DNA from: a bacterium
GTDB lineage: Bacteria; Patescibacteriota; Minisyncoccia; Phycocordibacterales; Zambryskibacteraceae
Direction of reading: 5' to 3'
NCBI GenBank assembly: GCA_030649135.1
Contig: JAUSGI010000004.1
Location: 34,089 to 98,088 of the forward strand
Length of the DNA stretch: 64,000 nt
The notes beneath the pieces are model-generated. The model did no database searches. It saw nothing but the letters and a program-made list of their open reading frames with translations, and was not told the origin of the DNA. Shown here in pieces: positions 1 through 10,600 of the stretch (position 1 is the stretch's first letter; each line of letters begins with the position of its first letter). A program made the translations under genes and the position numbers.

Positions 1-65
1 TTGGTCGGACATGCCTCTCTTAACGCCAAAAGTTTCAAGACTATCGCCGAATCACTTATTCGAAA

Positions 66-1067
66 ATGAACCCCAAATCAATTACTGAAGCAGGAGATTT
101 GAAAGGCAAGAGAGTGCTCGTTAGAGTAGATTGGAATGTGCCGATAGAGGATGGCAAAGTGATTGATGATTTTCGTATCAAAAAATCTTTACCGACCCTC
201 GAATATTTGAAAAACGCCGGGGCAAAGGTGACAATTATTACTCACTTGGAACCGAAAGGCACTTCGGTTGAATTTCTCAAGATGTATGTACCGGAAGGCA
301 TGGAGCTTCTCGAAAACTTACGAGATAATCTGGGGGAAGAAAGCAATTCGGAGGCATTCGCCAAAGAATTGGCATCTGGAGCCGATATTTATGTGAACGA
401 AGCTTTCTCGGTAGCGCATCGCAGACATGCTTCGATAGTAGGAGTGCCCTCGCTTCTGCCGAGTTTCATTGGCCTGCAATTCGCTCTCGAAATCAAAGAA
501 CTTTCTAAAGCCTTCTACCCTAAGAAGCCGTTCCTCTTCATTCTTGGAGGCGCCAAATTTGATACCAAACTGCCACTTCTGAAAAAATTTATCCATATTG
601 CCGACTATATTTTTGTCGGGGGCGCTTTAGCCAATAATTTTTTCAAAGAGCAGGGTATGGATGTTGACGGTTCGCTAGTGAAAGAAGGAAACTTTGGGCT
701 TAAAGAACTTTTGAAGACCGGTAAAATTATTTTGCCGGAGGACACTATCGTAAAAGACGGCAAAATTCTTGATGCCGGTCCTAAGGCTATGGAGAACTTG
801 AAGCCCATAATTTCTGCTTCGAAGCTGGTGTTGTGGAACGGTCCTTTGGGAGGTTACGAGCATGGTTACAATGTGGCCACACTTGCTTTGGCCCAAATGA
901 TTTCTGAGTTTGCAAGTGAGTCTATCATAGGAGGAGGGGATACGATTGCGGCCATAAGGGAATTAAATCTTTTTGACAAATTTTCTTTTGTTTCGACAGG
1001 CGGCGGCGCGATGCTTGATTTCCTGGCCACCGGTACTTTGCCCGGCATTGAGGCTATGAAACAATAG
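66..1067 (+). CDS. pgk: phosphoglycerate kinase (short form, 333 aa)
   Basis: N-terminal PGK signature (GKRVLVRVDWNVP, substrate-binding region); length shorter than typical. Confidence 0.8.
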   Translation: MNPKSITEAGDLKGKRVLVRVDWNVPIEDGKVIDDFRIKKSLPTLEYLKNAGAKVTIITHLEPKGTSVEFLKMYVPEGMELLENLRDNLGEESNSEAFAKELASGADIYVNEAFSVAHRRHASIVGVPSLLPSFIGLQFALEIKELSKAFYPKKPFLFILGGAKFDTKLPLLKKFIHIADYIFVGGALANNFFKEQGMDVDGSLVKEGNFGLKELLKTGKIILPEDTIVKDGKILDAGPKAMENLKPIISASKLVLWNGPLGGYEHGYNVATLALAQMISEFASESIIGGGDTIAAIRELNLFDKFSFVSTGGGAMLDFLATGTLPGIEAMKQ

Positions 1068-1425
1068 CTTGACGGATTTTCTCGGAGTTAGCTACAAAAT
1101 CTTTTGCGTTGCCTGAAACACTAGGGTCCGGAAAGACCCAAATGTGCGCGTGCTCCACTTCGTCGCCGATTATTTTGGAAAGTATAAAATCTGTGCCAAA
1201 CGCCTTTTGTTGAGCTAGGGCAATCTTCTTTACAACTTCGAAATACTCGCCCGCATTAGGCACATCCCAAACCCATCTGTGGTGTTTTTTAGTAACCACT
1301 TGAGTGTGTCCGGGAGACTGCGGGTTAATGTCGAGGAATGCCAGAAAATTTTCGTCCTCGTAGACCTTATGTGAAGGAATTTCGCCACTGACAATTTTAC
1401 AAAATACGCAGTTCGTGTCCGCCAT
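1054..1425 (-). CDS. HIT-family nucleotide hydrolase
   Basis: histidine-triad motif HxHxHxx (EHAHIWVFP) and N-terminal CVFCKI motif. Confidence 0.75.
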   Translation of the reverse strand: MADTNCVFCKIVSGEIPSHKVYEDENFLAFLDINPQSPGHTQVVTKKHHRWVWDVPNAGEYFEVVKKIALAQQKAFGTDFILSKIIGDEVEHAHIWVFPDPSVSGNAKDFVANSEKIRQAIVS

Positions 1426-1430
1426 TTTAT

Positions 1431-2342
1431 TTAGTAAGTATAATCATCTGCCAATCGGCCTAGTTGGTCGAACAATTCTATAGTCTCATACTTTTGGGCC
1501 CACATTTCCCAGCCCTTGCCGAGAAATATTCGCCATGTCCGGCCGAAAAAATTCGAGTCGGTGGAATGATTGGCAATACAAGCACTATAATTGAAATGGC
1601 TTTTGATAAAGGCGACACAAGAACCGGAAAATAATTTACCATCCACGCAGTTGTAGCAAATATCTCCTTCCGCGTTGCGGGTATTGAATTCTGGCGTACG
1701 GCAAGGTGATAGCCTTTCTATAAATTCTCGACACTCGTTTTCAAGCGCGTTGACTCCGGGTTCATTGGCCGGTACGGGGCAATTGCGTGTGAGCGCCGGG
1801 GTAAATGTGTATTCGGACAAGTCTTCCAAGAAGCCCGAACAAATATTTTCTTTGAAGCTGACAATTTTGTATGGTGACTGCGGTCCGGCCGAGCCGGTAG
1901 TGACGACGGCTGTCTCACCGCTTTGGAGTACTGCGTTCTGTAAGATATTGGAACCGGTTGGTGAGACATAGAGCGCTGCCTGACCGATAACCGCGGTGTC
2001 CGCCGGGAAATATCGAAGCACACCACCGGAATTGTAGGCGCGCTTATCTTTACCGTTTTTCAGTTGCCAGCCGGTAATGTTGACCGGCTCTCTGTCCCTG
2101 TTGTCTATGGTAATGTACTCCTCGTATGGTTGATAAGCATAGGACGCGTTGCCGGCGCCAAGAGAAACATTTCGTACTTGGGACGAGCCCAGTGTAGTCG
2201 TATTAGCGCCGATACTGGTATTACCGGAAGGACTGGATGGATTGGCCGTGAGGTTGGGCGCTCCCTTGGGTGTCACTAATATGATGACAATGAGTACGGC
2301 CAAAATCACGATGCCTTCCGCGGTGCCGTTGCCGTCTTTCAT
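1431..2342 (-). CDS. secreted/membrane-anchored hypothetical protein with lamin-tail-like domain
   Basis: N-terminal hydrophobic segment; ITIDNRDREPVNITGWQLKNG resembles LTD motif; no enzymatic motifs. Confidence 0.4.
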   Translation of the reverse strand: MKDGNGTAEGIVILAVLIVIILVTPKGAPNLTANPSSPSGNTSIGANTTTLGSSQVRNVSLGAGNASYAYQPYEEYITIDNRDREPVNITGWQLKNGKDKRAYNSGGVLRYFPADTAVIGQAALYVSPTGSNILQNAVLQSGETAVVTTGSAGPQSPYKIVSFKENICSGFLEDLSEYTFTPALTRNCPVPANEPGVNALENECREFIERLSPCRTPEFNTRNAEGDICYNCVDGKLFSGSCVAFIKSHFNYSACIANHSTDSNFFGRTWRIFLGKGWEMWAQKYETIELFDQLGRLADDYTY

Positions 2343-2376
2343 AAGTCTATCTTAATACGCGTGCTAGAATAGTCCA

Positions 2377-4011
2377 ATGCAGCATTTCCCTGAATTATTT
2401 GAGACCCTGCTTAAACAGCGAGGCATCCTACCGGAGGAACAAGAAGATTTTTTGAGTCCTGACTATGAGAAGCTTTATGACCCCTTACTTCTGCCGGATA
2501 TGCTCAAAGCTCGTGACAGAGTAATTAAAGCTATTAAGAACAATGAGCATATTGTCATCTTCTCCGACTATGACTGTGACGGCTTGCCGGGCGCGGTGGT
2601 ATTCTCTGATTTTTTTGTGAGGATGAATTATGAAAACGTATCATTCTATATTCCACACAGGCATGATGAAGGCTTCGGTCTCAATCTCGGCGCGATAGAA
2701 GAAATCGCCGCCCGTGGCGCCGGACTCATGATTACTATCGATTGCGGTATCGCCAATACGGCGGAAGTGGCGTTCGCCAACGATAAGGGTATTGATGTTA
2801 TCATCACCGACCATCACAAACCGAACCCGACTCTGCCGGCGGCTTATGCTGTCGTCAATCAGAATAGGGAAGATTCAGATTATCCGTTCAAAGGACTCTG
2901 CGGCGCAGCCGTGGCGTTCAAGTTGGTGCAGGCTATAACCGCCCACGAAACTTTCGGCGTGAAGCCGGGTATGGAAAAGTGGTCTCTTGATATGGTGGCC
3001 ATCGCCACACTCTCGGATATGGTACCGCTGACGGGTGAGAACAGAATTCTCGCAAGCTTTGGACTTAGTGTCTTGCGCAAATCTCCGCGACCCGGTCTGG
3101 CGGCACTTTTCAAAAGAATGAATCTCGACCAGAGAACTGTTTCGGAGGACGATGTTACATTCATGATTACCCCGCGCATTAATGCCGCCTCGCGCATGGG
3201 TATGCCGGAGGATGCCTTCAAACTCTTGAAGACCAAAGACCACGAAGAAGCCGAGAGACTGGCTCTTCACCTAGAGAAAATCAACAATGAACGCAAAGGG
3301 GTGGTAGCAAGCGTTGTAAAAGAAGCTAAGTCACATTTAGCAAAACGCGAAGTGATTACCGATGTGATTGTGATCGGTAATCCGGATTGGCGTCCCGCGC
3401 TTCTGGGTTTGGTAGCAAATTCTTTGGTTGAGGAATATGAGAGGCCGGCATTTGTCTGGGGTCGAAGCGGTGACGGAACACTTAAAGGTTCGTGCCGTTC
3501 GTACAATGGCCATGACCTGTTTGCTCTGATGAGTGTTACTGGTGATGCATTCGTGGAGTTTGGCGGACATGCCGGAGCTGGCGGCTTTTCTGTCACCCTC
3601 GAGAGTCTCACTACGCTTGAAGAGAGGCTGTCCCAAGCTCTACCCGATTTGGGGGCCGGACTCACAGAGGCAGATGTGCCCGCTCTCCATATAAAATTGG
3701 ACGATATCGGGGACCACCTCTGGAGTCTCGTCTCACGATTTGCGCCGTTCGGCATGGGAAACGAGAAACCTGTTTTTAAAATTCCGCAAGCGGAAATCAA
3801 ATCGGTAAAAAGATTTGGCAAGGAGAATAATCATCTGGAACTTATGTTTAACGGCGGAGTCAAGGCTATTTCTTTTTTCTCCGACCCTGCTTCATACTCC
3901 GTCCTCCTTACTCCCGGCACTCGTATTTCTCTGCTTGCCAATCTAGAAAAATCTTTTTTCCGTAATCGTCCCGAATTGCGCTTGAGGATTGTTGATATCG
4001 TAGAATCATGA
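2377..4011 (+). CDS. recJ: single-stranded-DNA-specific exonuclease RecJ (DHH/DHHA1)
   Basis: DHH motifs (FSDYDCDG, ITDHH) and GGH...G DHHA1-type C-terminal region. Confidence 0.8.
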   Translation: MQHFPELFETLLKQRGILPEEQEDFLSPDYEKLYDPLLLPDMLKARDRVIKAIKNNEHIVIFSDYDCDGLPGAVVFSDFFVRMNYENVSFYIPHRHDEGFGLNLGAIEEIAARGAGLMITIDCGIANTAEVAFANDKGIDVIITDHHKPNPTLPAAYAVVNQNREDSDYPFKGLCGAAVAFKLVQAITAHETFGVKPGMEKWSLDMVAIATLSDMVPLTGENRILASFGLSVLRKSPRPGLAALFKRMNLDQRTVSEDDVTFMITPRINAASRMGMPEDAFKLLKTKDHEEAERLALHLEKINNERKGVVASVVKEAKSHLAKREVITDVIVIGNPDWRPALLGLVANSLVEEYERPAFVWGRSGDGTLKGSCRSYNGHDLFALMSVTGDAFVEFGGHAGAGGFSVTLESLTTLEERLSQALPDLGAGLTEADVPALHIKLDDIGDHLWSLVSRFAPFGMGNEKPVFKIPQAEIKSVKRFGKENNHLELMFNGGVKAISFFSDPASYSVLLTPGTRISLLANLEKSFFRNRPELRLRIVDIVES

Positions 4012-4466
4012 CTATTATTTACACAGATGGGGCGTCGAGGGGAAACCCTGGACCGGGGGGGTGGGGGGCAATAATTTCGAACGACAATTCCGTGGTAGAA
4101 ATTGGCGGAAGGGAAGAGCATACGACAAATAACCGCATGGAACTTACGGCGGCAATCAAAGCTCTAGAATCGACACCGGATAAAGAAGTTACCGTTTACG
4201 CGGATTCGGAATATGTGACGAAGGGCATGACCGAATGGATCAAGAGATGGCAACAGAAAGGCTGGAGGACGGCAGGTAAGAAGCCGGTACTCAGCCAAGA
4301 TTTATGGCAGAAACTCCTCGAGCTTACGGAGGGAAGACGAGTGGAGTGGAAATATGTGGCAGGACATGCCGGTGTGCCTCTCAATGAGCGCGCGGACGAG
4401 ATAGCTACCACTTTTGCCGATAATCTTCTACCCAAACTTTATAATGGACCAAGAGGTAAGTACTAA
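4008..4466 (+). CDS. rnhA: ribonuclease HI
   Basis: YTDGASRGNPGPGGWG N-terminus and conserved RNase H fold residues; overlaps recJ stop by 4 nt. Confidence 0.85.
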   Translation: MTIIYTDGASRGNPGPGGWGAIISNDNSVVEIGGREEHTTNNRMELTAAIKALESTPDKEVTVYADSEYVTKGMTEWIKRWQQKGWRTAGKKPVLSQDLWQKLLELTEGRRVEWKYVAGHAGVPLNERADEIATTFADNLLPKLYNGPRGKY

Positions 4467-5895
4467 AAGTATTTTCGTATTTATATTTGGTTCTATCTTC
4501 GGTATTCTGATTTCTTCTTTTGTTTTTATTGCTCCGCTGGTGGGCGTTTTGTTTATCATTATCGGTTCGGCCTTACTTAATGTGGAGAAACTTTGGAATA
4601 AAATAATAAATAAAGAAGTTTTATTTCTCTCTCTTGCGTTTCTATCGTTCGGCCTCGGTGTCCTGCGTTATTCGATTAAAGATTTTCACGAGCCGCTCGT
4701 TCCAACTTTCCAAGGCGTTGTTATAAGCGAGCCGGAACAGGGAGAAAATACTACTCGTTTTGTCTTGCGGACAGACAATGGCGAAAAAGTTTTAGTGAGT
4801 ACGGATTTGTATAGTGCTGTGCAGTATGGAGATGATGTTAAGGCCGCAGGTAAGCTGGAAAAGCCGGGTATTATTGATAATGATACCGGCCGGCCGTTTA
4901 ATTATGCCGAGTATCTTTCGAAAGACGATATTTATTACACTCTAAGTTTTGCGAAAGTCGAAATTTTGTCACACGACCACGGCAATCCCGCGAAGAGCAT
5001 TCTCTTGAAGATAAAAAGGAGTTTCGTAGCCAAAACCAAAGAAATTCTGGCCGAGCCATATGCTAGCCTGCTTTCTGGTCTCATTGTTTCAGGCAAGGAA
5101 GCGATGCCGAAAAATATTCTCGAAGAGTTTCGTCGGGCCGGCATCATACATATCGTGGTACTCTCCGGCTATAACATCACTATCATTGCGGAGTTTGTGA
5201 GAACGGTGTTTAGAAGCGCAGGGTTCTCTATCGTAGGAATTATTCTCTTTGTCATTATGACGGGAGCGCAAGCCACGGTTGTGCGCGCGGCACTTATGGT
5301 ACTTGCGGTGATTCTCGCTAAGGTTTTTCATAGAAAGTTTTCGGCTCCCAGAGCGCTTCTCGTTGCGGCCTTCTTAATGCTTCTCCAGAATCCGAAAATT
5401 CTTGTCTTTGACCCGTCTTTTCAACTTTCGTTTCTTGCGACTCTCGGCTTAATTTATGTTGTGCCTATAGTCGACCGGTATTTAAAATGGATACCGGGGA
5501 AGTGGGGTCTGCGGGTGGCCATTGCCACTACCTTAGCTACCCAAGTGACCGTTCTGCCCTTCCTCATCTATTCTATGGGTAATGTTTCTTTAGTGTCGCT
5601 TCCTGCCAATATTATGATTTTGCTCATCATACCCGCCACCATGCTTGCGGGCTTTGTCGCAACACTTGTTGCATACGTAAGTTCTGTCTTAGCCTTACCA
5701 TTTTCTTACATAGCCCATCTTCTTTTGGCTTGGATTCTCGGTGTTTCTCACTATCTCGGTAGTTTTTCTTTCGCTTCTATTGCTGTTCCACCTGTGCCCT
5801 GGTGGTTAGTGGTTTTGATTTACCTTGCGATAGTTATTTTTATACAGCGTTGGAAACCTAACGGAGTGGCATATGATACTGTAAACAAGATATGA
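4414..5895 (+). CDS. ComEC/Rec2-like polytopic membrane protein (competence domain only)
   Basis: multi-TM protein with soluble N-terminal OB-like segment; start overlaps rnhA, so a later Met (4444) may be the true start. Confidence 0.5.
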   Translation: MPIIFYPNFIMDQEVSTKSIFVFIFGSIFGILISSFVFIAPLVGVLFIIIGSALLNVEKLWNKIINKEVLFLSLAFLSFGLGVLRYSIKDFHEPLVPTFQGVVISEPEQGENTTRFVLRTDNGEKVLVSTDLYSAVQYGDDVKAAGKLEKPGIIDNDTGRPFNYAEYLSKDDIYYTLSFAKVEILSHDHGNPAKSILLKIKRSFVAKTKEILAEPYASLLSGLIVSGKEAMPKNILEEFRRAGIIHIVVLSGYNITIIAEFVRTVFRSAGFSIVGIILFVIMTGAQATVVRAALMVLAVILAKVFHRKFSAPRALLVAAFLMLLQNPKILVFDPSFQLSFLATLGLIYVVPIVDRYLKWIPGKWGLRVAIATTLATQVTVLPFLIYSMGNVSLVSLPANIMILLIIPATMLAGFVATLVAYVSSVLALPFSYIAHLLLAWILGVSHYLGSFSFASIAVPPVPWWLVVLIYLAIVIFIQRWKPNGVAYDTVNKI

Positions 5896-6551
5896 CTTAC
5901 TATGATACTCGAGAACAAATCACTAGGGGGCTTCCTCTGGAGGAAATTAAGAAAATTAATATCATCGAAACTAATGAGCCATTGGTTGAAATTATTGAGA
6001 ATGATAGAATCAAGCTTTTAAGTGATCATAAATATTTGTCTCCCAATTTACGTAAAAGTGCCAGAGATATTTTATATATAGCAGCTGGCAATTTGCCACC
6101 AGACAATAAATTACTCATTGTTACGGCGTATCGGTCTATTCAGATGCAAAAAGAATTGTATAACTCTAGATTAAAGCAACTTGCGATGAAACACCCATTC
6201 AAAATGGTATTTGATTACAAAGGATGGAAGAAAACAGTTGGCCTCTATACATCTCCACCAGGGGGATCATCTCACCAGTCTGGGGGGGCTCTGGATTTAA
6301 CAGTAATCGATGCGGAAGGCGATAGACTAGATATGGGAACGGAACTAACCGATTTTGGAGTGAAGGTTCATACTGAAAATAATTTGATTACAGATGAGCA
6401 GAGAAAAAATAGGAAGATATTGTATGACGCAATGACGAAAGCTGGCTTTGTAAACTATCCGCTCGAGTGGTGGCACTATTCTTATGGGGACAGAATGTGG
6501 GCTGCTTATAGCAGGAGAGAAGAATGTTTTTACGGACCCATTCCTGACTAG
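5892..6551 (+). CDS. D-Ala-D-Ala dipeptidase, M15 (VanX-like)
   Basis: SxHxxGxAxD zinc-ligand motif (SSHQSGGALDL) and EWWHYSYGD C-terminal motif. Confidence 0.7.
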   Translation: MTYYDTREQITRGLPLEEIKKINIIETNEPLVEIIENDRIKLLSDHKYLSPNLRKSARDILYIAAGNLPPDNKLLIVTAYRSIQMQKELYNSRLKQLAMKHPFKMVFDYKGWKKTVGLYTSPPGGSSHQSGGALDLTVIDAEGDRLDMGTELTDFGVKVHTENNLITDEQRKNRKILYDAMTKAGFVNYPLEWWHYSYGDRMWAAYSRREECFYGPIPD

Positions 6552-6646
6552 CAGTTTTAAAATTCTTCTCCACCCCAGTAGTAGAGCAAAGCTCACTACG
6601 GGGCAGGCATTCTGCCAATTGAGATTTCCCCCAAAAGCTTTGATGC

Positions 6647-7420
6647 TCACCCTTCGATGCAAGCAAGTATTCTGCTTATATGCTCTTTAGAAATTCTAGT
6701 TTTAAAATATTCCTTAGTCAGAGTCTTAGGATAATGATCGATGGGCTCCGACGCAATATGTAACTCATGAAGATTTTTGATGAACACTTCTACTACGTGG
6801 TCAAAGTTGATCGTTGTATCCGCAAAATTGCCAATGAGAAAATGTGGTAGAAGATGAAATTTTGGCCTTTTTCTATAATTTAGTAAGGTGGCAGCAACCG
6901 AAAAGAAAGTTTTAGGGTCAATGTGTTCAATGATAATATTTACGCGTTCGGCAGGATAATCCGACTGCCTTTGGAGGTATTCATTAAACCATTTGGATTT
7001 CCAGATGTAGTCTTCCGCTCCAAGTACATGAATAAGCTTCATTAAGCCAATGATTAGGGCGTACTTCCTTTGTTTCCAGAATGGGATACTTAAACACTCG
7101 GTATTTATGAAAGGCTCCATTGCCAGTATGGCTTTACAGTTTTTGCCTAGCTTTGCCTTGTTCACTACCAGAAAGCCAAAGGAAATGCCTCCAACCACGT
7201 ATTTATCGGAGTTTAAATCAGCTATTTTCTGGTCAAGGTAATTCGCAAATTTTTCTACAGTTATAGGCCACTTTAATGGGGGAATATCCCTATGAAACCC
7301 AGGCAGGTCGACGAAATGGACAGTAAAGTAGTCAGAAAGAAATTCAGTTAGCCCATGCAGTAACACGCTGTTTGTTGGAAAAGAGTGTACAAGGAGCAAG
7401 TCCGGTTTTGGGGAATACAT
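6647..7420 (-). CDS. alpha/beta-fold hydrolase
   Basis: HG oxyanion region near N-terminus, nucleophile-elbow-like GGISFG, overall alpha/beta hydrolase pattern. Confidence 0.55.
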   Translation of the reverse strand: MYSPKPDLLLVHSFPTNSVLLHGLTEFLSDYFTVHFVDLPGFHRDIPPLKWPITVEKFANYLDQKIADLNSDKYVVGGISFGFLVVNKAKLGKNCKAILAMEPFINTECLSIPFWKQRKYALIIGLMKLIHVLGAEDYIWKSKWFNEYLQRQSDYPAERVNIIIEHIDPKTFFSVAATLLNYRKRPKFHLLPHFLIGNFADTTINFDHVVEVFIKNLHELHIASEPIDHYPKTLTKEYFKTRISKEHISRILACIEG

Positions 7421-7436
7421 TGGGAATTTTCAGTTA

Positions 7437-8033
7437 TTATTTTGCATCTAAAAAATTTTGTTCGACGTTACCCCAGTTCAGGTTCTCGAAGAAGGCTTCA
7501 ATGTATTTCTTTTTTTCCGCGGGAGTGTAGTCGATAAAATATGCATGTTCCCACATGTCGAGCACCAGAATCGGTGCAGGGCCAACGAGTTGACCCAGAT
7601 GATGTTCGTCCACCCAAGCGTTTAGAAGTCTTTTAGTATGAGGGTCGTAATAAAGGATGGCCCAGCCGATACCGCGGGTGAGCGCAATGGATTTGAATCT
7701 ATTTAACCACTTATCGAAGTCGCCCCATTCTTCCTCGACTGCTTTTTTGAGAGAACTTTCTACGGTAAGTGCGGTCGAACCATTCTCAAAATGCGCGAAA
7801 TAGTATTCGTGATTCCTCATGCCATCGAATTCGAAAGCGAATCGGCGTTGGATTTCCCCGAGAGCGTAAGCGTTAGCTTCGGCATTTTCCGCATACTCAT
7901 CTATTTTCGTCAGGATAGTGTTGGTGTTTTTCACATAACCCGAATAGAGGCCGAGATGTATCTCAATCGCTTTCTCGCTAATGCCATTGAGTTTGGGAAT
8001 ATTAAACTTCTTTTCTTCAAATAATTTGGTCAT
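7437..8033 (-). CDS. sodA: Fe/Mn superoxide dismutase
   Basis: DxWEHAYY metal-ligand signature and N-terminal H...H motifs. Confidence 0.9.
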   Translation of the reverse strand: MTKLFEEKKFNIPKLNGISEKAIEIHLGLYSGYVKNTNTILTKIDEYAENAEANAYALGEIQRRFAFEFDGMRNHEYYFAHFENGSTALTVESSLKKAVEEEWGDFDKWLNRFKSIALTRGIGWAILYYDPHTKRLLNAWVDEHHLGQLVGPAPILVLDMWEHAYFIDYTPAEKKKYIEAFFENLNWGNVEQNFLDAK

Positions 8034-8056
8034 AGTGCCTAGATTATACTATAGGT

Positions 8057-8914
8057 ATGGATTTCCTGAAAAAGTATTCCCAAGAAGCAGTTTTGGCGGT
8101 ACTTGTTCTCTCGAATATCTTTGTATGGTTTGCGGTCTACCAAAGACAGCCGAGTAATATTCTTAGCGTCTATTTCCTCGACATTGGCCAGGGTGATGCT
8201 ATTTTTATCGACTCACCCGCGCATGGTCGTCTGCTTCTTGATGGCGGTAAGAACAGGTCAGTATTGACGGAACTAGGCAAAATTTTGCCTTTTGCCGACA
8301 AGCGTATAGATGTGATGATTGAATCTCATCCCGACGCTGACCACATTGGCGGTCTGCCGGAAGTAGTTTCGAGATACGATGTCGGAATGTTTCTTGAACC
8401 CGGGGTGGAATCTGATAATAGTATTGATGACGAACTTCACAGGCGAGTAGATGAGAAAAATATTCCGAAAATACTTGCGAGAAGGGGAATGGTGGTGAAC
8501 TTTGGTGACGGTGCGAAGCTCCAGATACTTTTTCCTAATCAAGGTGTTTCTAATTGGGAGACAAATAGAGCCTCTATTGTGGCAAAATTGGTGTACGGAA
8601 ACAAATCTTTCTTGCTGACAGGAGATTCGCCCATAGCGATTGAAAATGTTTTAATTAATCTTGACCAAAAAATCTTAGATTCTGATGTTTTGAAAGCCGG
8701 TCATCACGGTTCACGCACCTCTACCTCTCTAGTTTATGCTCAAGCTGTATCGCCAGAATATGCCGTCATTTCTGCCGGCAAAGATAATACTTATGGTCAT
8801 CCGCACAAAGAAGTGCTCGATATTTTACAAAAAGTCGGCGCGAAGGTGGTTAGTACCGCCTCCTCCGGCACCATCAAATTTGAAACGGACGGAAAAAATT
8901 TAAAATCTAAATGA
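8057..8914 (+). CDS. metallo-beta-lactamase-fold hydrolase (ComEC C-terminal-domain-like)
   Basis: HxHxDH motif (ESHPDADHIGG) and distal GHHGS; N-terminal TM. Confidence 0.65.
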   Translation: MDFLKKYSQEAVLAVLVLSNIFVWFAVYQRQPSNILSVYFLDIGQGDAIFIDSPAHGRLLLDGGKNRSVLTELGKILPFADKRIDVMIESHPDADHIGGLPEVVSRYDVGMFLEPGVESDNSIDDELHRRVDEKNIPKILARRGMVVNFGDGAKLQILFPNQGVSNWETNRASIVAKLVYGNKSFLLTGDSPIAIENVLINLDQKILDSDVLKAGHHGSRTSTSLVYAQAVSPEYAVISAGKDNTYGHPHKEVLDILQKVGAKVVSTASSGTIKFETDGKNLKSK

Positions 8915-8917
8915 AGA

Positions 8918-8945
8918 GGGCGTCACCGTGTGACCGGCGACGCCC
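8918..8945. terminator. bidirectional GC-rich hairpin between convergent genes
   Basis: GGGCGTCACCGTGTGACCGGCGACGCCC stem-loop between 8057..8914(+) and 8956..10416(-). Confidence 0.5.
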
Positions 8946-8955
8946 TTGTGTCGGA

Positions 8956-10416
8956 CTAGAGTCCGAGTTTCTGCTTCCATCGTTCCGCAACAGCCCTCGC
9001 TTTCTTGGGGGCGATGCCGATATAGAGTGATGGATTCGAGATGACGCTTCGCTGGCGTGGCGTCATCTTCTCGAGGTAGTCCGCCAACTCCGCATCACCC
9101 ATGACCACCTCCTCGAGTGGTCGCGATTCGCGTCTAGCTTGGCGCGCCAGGATTCGCACCTTCTCGTGGGCATGAGAATGTCCCAGCGCGGAGAGAATGA
9201 GCTGTAACGGCTCGGCGGCAGTCCCTCCCTTCGTCATGTTGAGATTTCTCTGAAGGTTTTCATGGTTCACCGTGAGTTTATTCATCACTCTCGTCAGGCG
9301 TTTAGCCATGGAAAAGACGTAGGCCACAACCTCGCCATAAGTTCGGGCCGAGGCGGAGTTCGTGAGGTCGCGTTGGTGTTCGCTGATCTGATCAAGGAAC
9401 ACAGTAATGATGCGCGGCATGACGACCTTCCAGAGACTCTTGGCGTTCTCAAAGTTGATGGGGTTCATCTTCTGCGGCATAGTCGAGGAGCCGACCTGGT
9501 CCTCTTCGACTGGTTCTCCTACCTCAGCGATTTCTGTGCGCTGGAGATGGCGCATATCGTCGGCGAGATTGGCCAGTATGCCGGCAGTAATGGTGACTTC
9601 ACAGAGAAGACGCGTCATCGCTTCGGGCGGTACAATCTGGGTTGAGTATTCGGCCGGGATGAGTCCCATCTCGGCAAGTACTTCAGCTTCGAAGACCTCT
9701 GGGTCGTCGAAGAAGAGCGAAGAAGCGTTGTATGCTCCGACTGCTCCCGAGAACTTCCCGGGGAGTTTATCAGCACGAAGCTTCAGCTCTTCGATTGAAC
9801 CGCCGATGCGACTGACGTACTCGGCGATTGCGAAGCCGAACGAGGTCGGGACCGCATGCTGACCATGGGTTCTTCCGGCTTGGGGTGTCTCGGCTTCGTT
9901 GTCGGCGAGTGTGATAAGGACTTTTTCCAACTCGATGAGCGCTGGGATGACCACAATTTCGACAACGTGCTTGTAGCGTGCAGCGTTGGCCGATTCGATG
10001 ATATCGAATGATGTTGCCGATAGATGGACAAACGGTTTCGCGCGATCGCTCAGTCTCGTCTGGATGCGATTCACGAGAGCTCGGATGTCATGCCCGATTC
10101 GACCTTCCTCATCGTACACTTCTTCGGTCACGACTTCGCCACAGGCCGCCACGATTTCACGCAAAGTGTCTTCGGAGCAAACTCCCCGGCGCTCTAATAC
10201 GGTTGCAAGTGCTCGCTCCACACGGAGCTTGTAACGGGTGAACCCGTTCTCGGAGAGATACTTCGCTACTTCGGCATCCCAGTATCGATAATCGATCGGT
10301 GAAAGGCTGTCGAACACATCACGCATTCTCATATCATCCTCCTGTAAAGGTGCGATTCTCGAAACAAAAACTTCGTGTTCCTCGCTAAACCTATCAGTTT
10401 CCACCCATCTTTTCAA
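8956..10416 (-). CDS. purB: adenylosuccinate lyase (fumarate-lyase superfamily)
   Basis: fumarate lyase signature GSSxMPxKxN (GSSTMPQKMNPINFE); PurB assignment preferred over other family members by length/pattern. Confidence 0.7.
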   Translation of the reverse strand: MKRWVETDRFSEEHEVFVSRIAPLQEDDMRMRDVFDSLSPIDYRYWDAEVAKYLSENGFTRYKLRVERALATVLERRGVCSEDTLREIVAACGEVVTEEVYDEEGRIGHDIRALVNRIQTRLSDRAKPFVHLSATSFDIIESANAARYKHVVEIVVIPALIELEKVLITLADNEAETPQAGRTHGQHAVPTSFGFAIAEYVSRIGGSIEELKLRADKLPGKFSGAVGAYNASSLFFDDPEVFEAEVLAEMGLIPAEYSTQIVPPEAMTRLLCEVTITAGILANLADDMRHLQRTEIAEVGEPVEEDQVGSSTMPQKMNPINFENAKSLWKVVMPRIITVFLDQISEHQRDLTNSASARTYGEVVAYVFSMAKRLTRVMNKLTVNHENLQRNLNMTKGGTAAEPLQLILSALGHSHAHEKVRILARQARRESRPLEEVVMGDAELADYLEKMTPRQRSVISNPSLYIGIAPKKARAVAERWKQKLGL

Positions 10417-10600
10417 TCAGCAGTCCGAGTTGCTCATGTATGACTTTTGCTTCGGCAAGGGTCACATTATTTTCCGTATTGGACGTGGGTCCTGATATAA
10501 AAATTGAGACTCCTTTGATACCTTCTATGTCTTTCGCACTTACTTGGACATCAATTGCGTTCCCAAGTTCGTTTATAAATTTTTTCTCGTATTTCTGCAT
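10394..10600 (-). CDS. small hypothetical protein (68 aa)
   Basis: ORF only; overlaps purB start. Confidence 0.25.
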   Translation of the reverse strand: MQKYEKKFINELGNAIDVQVSAKDIEGIKGVSIFISGPTSNTENNVTLAEAKVIHEQLGLLIEKMGGN

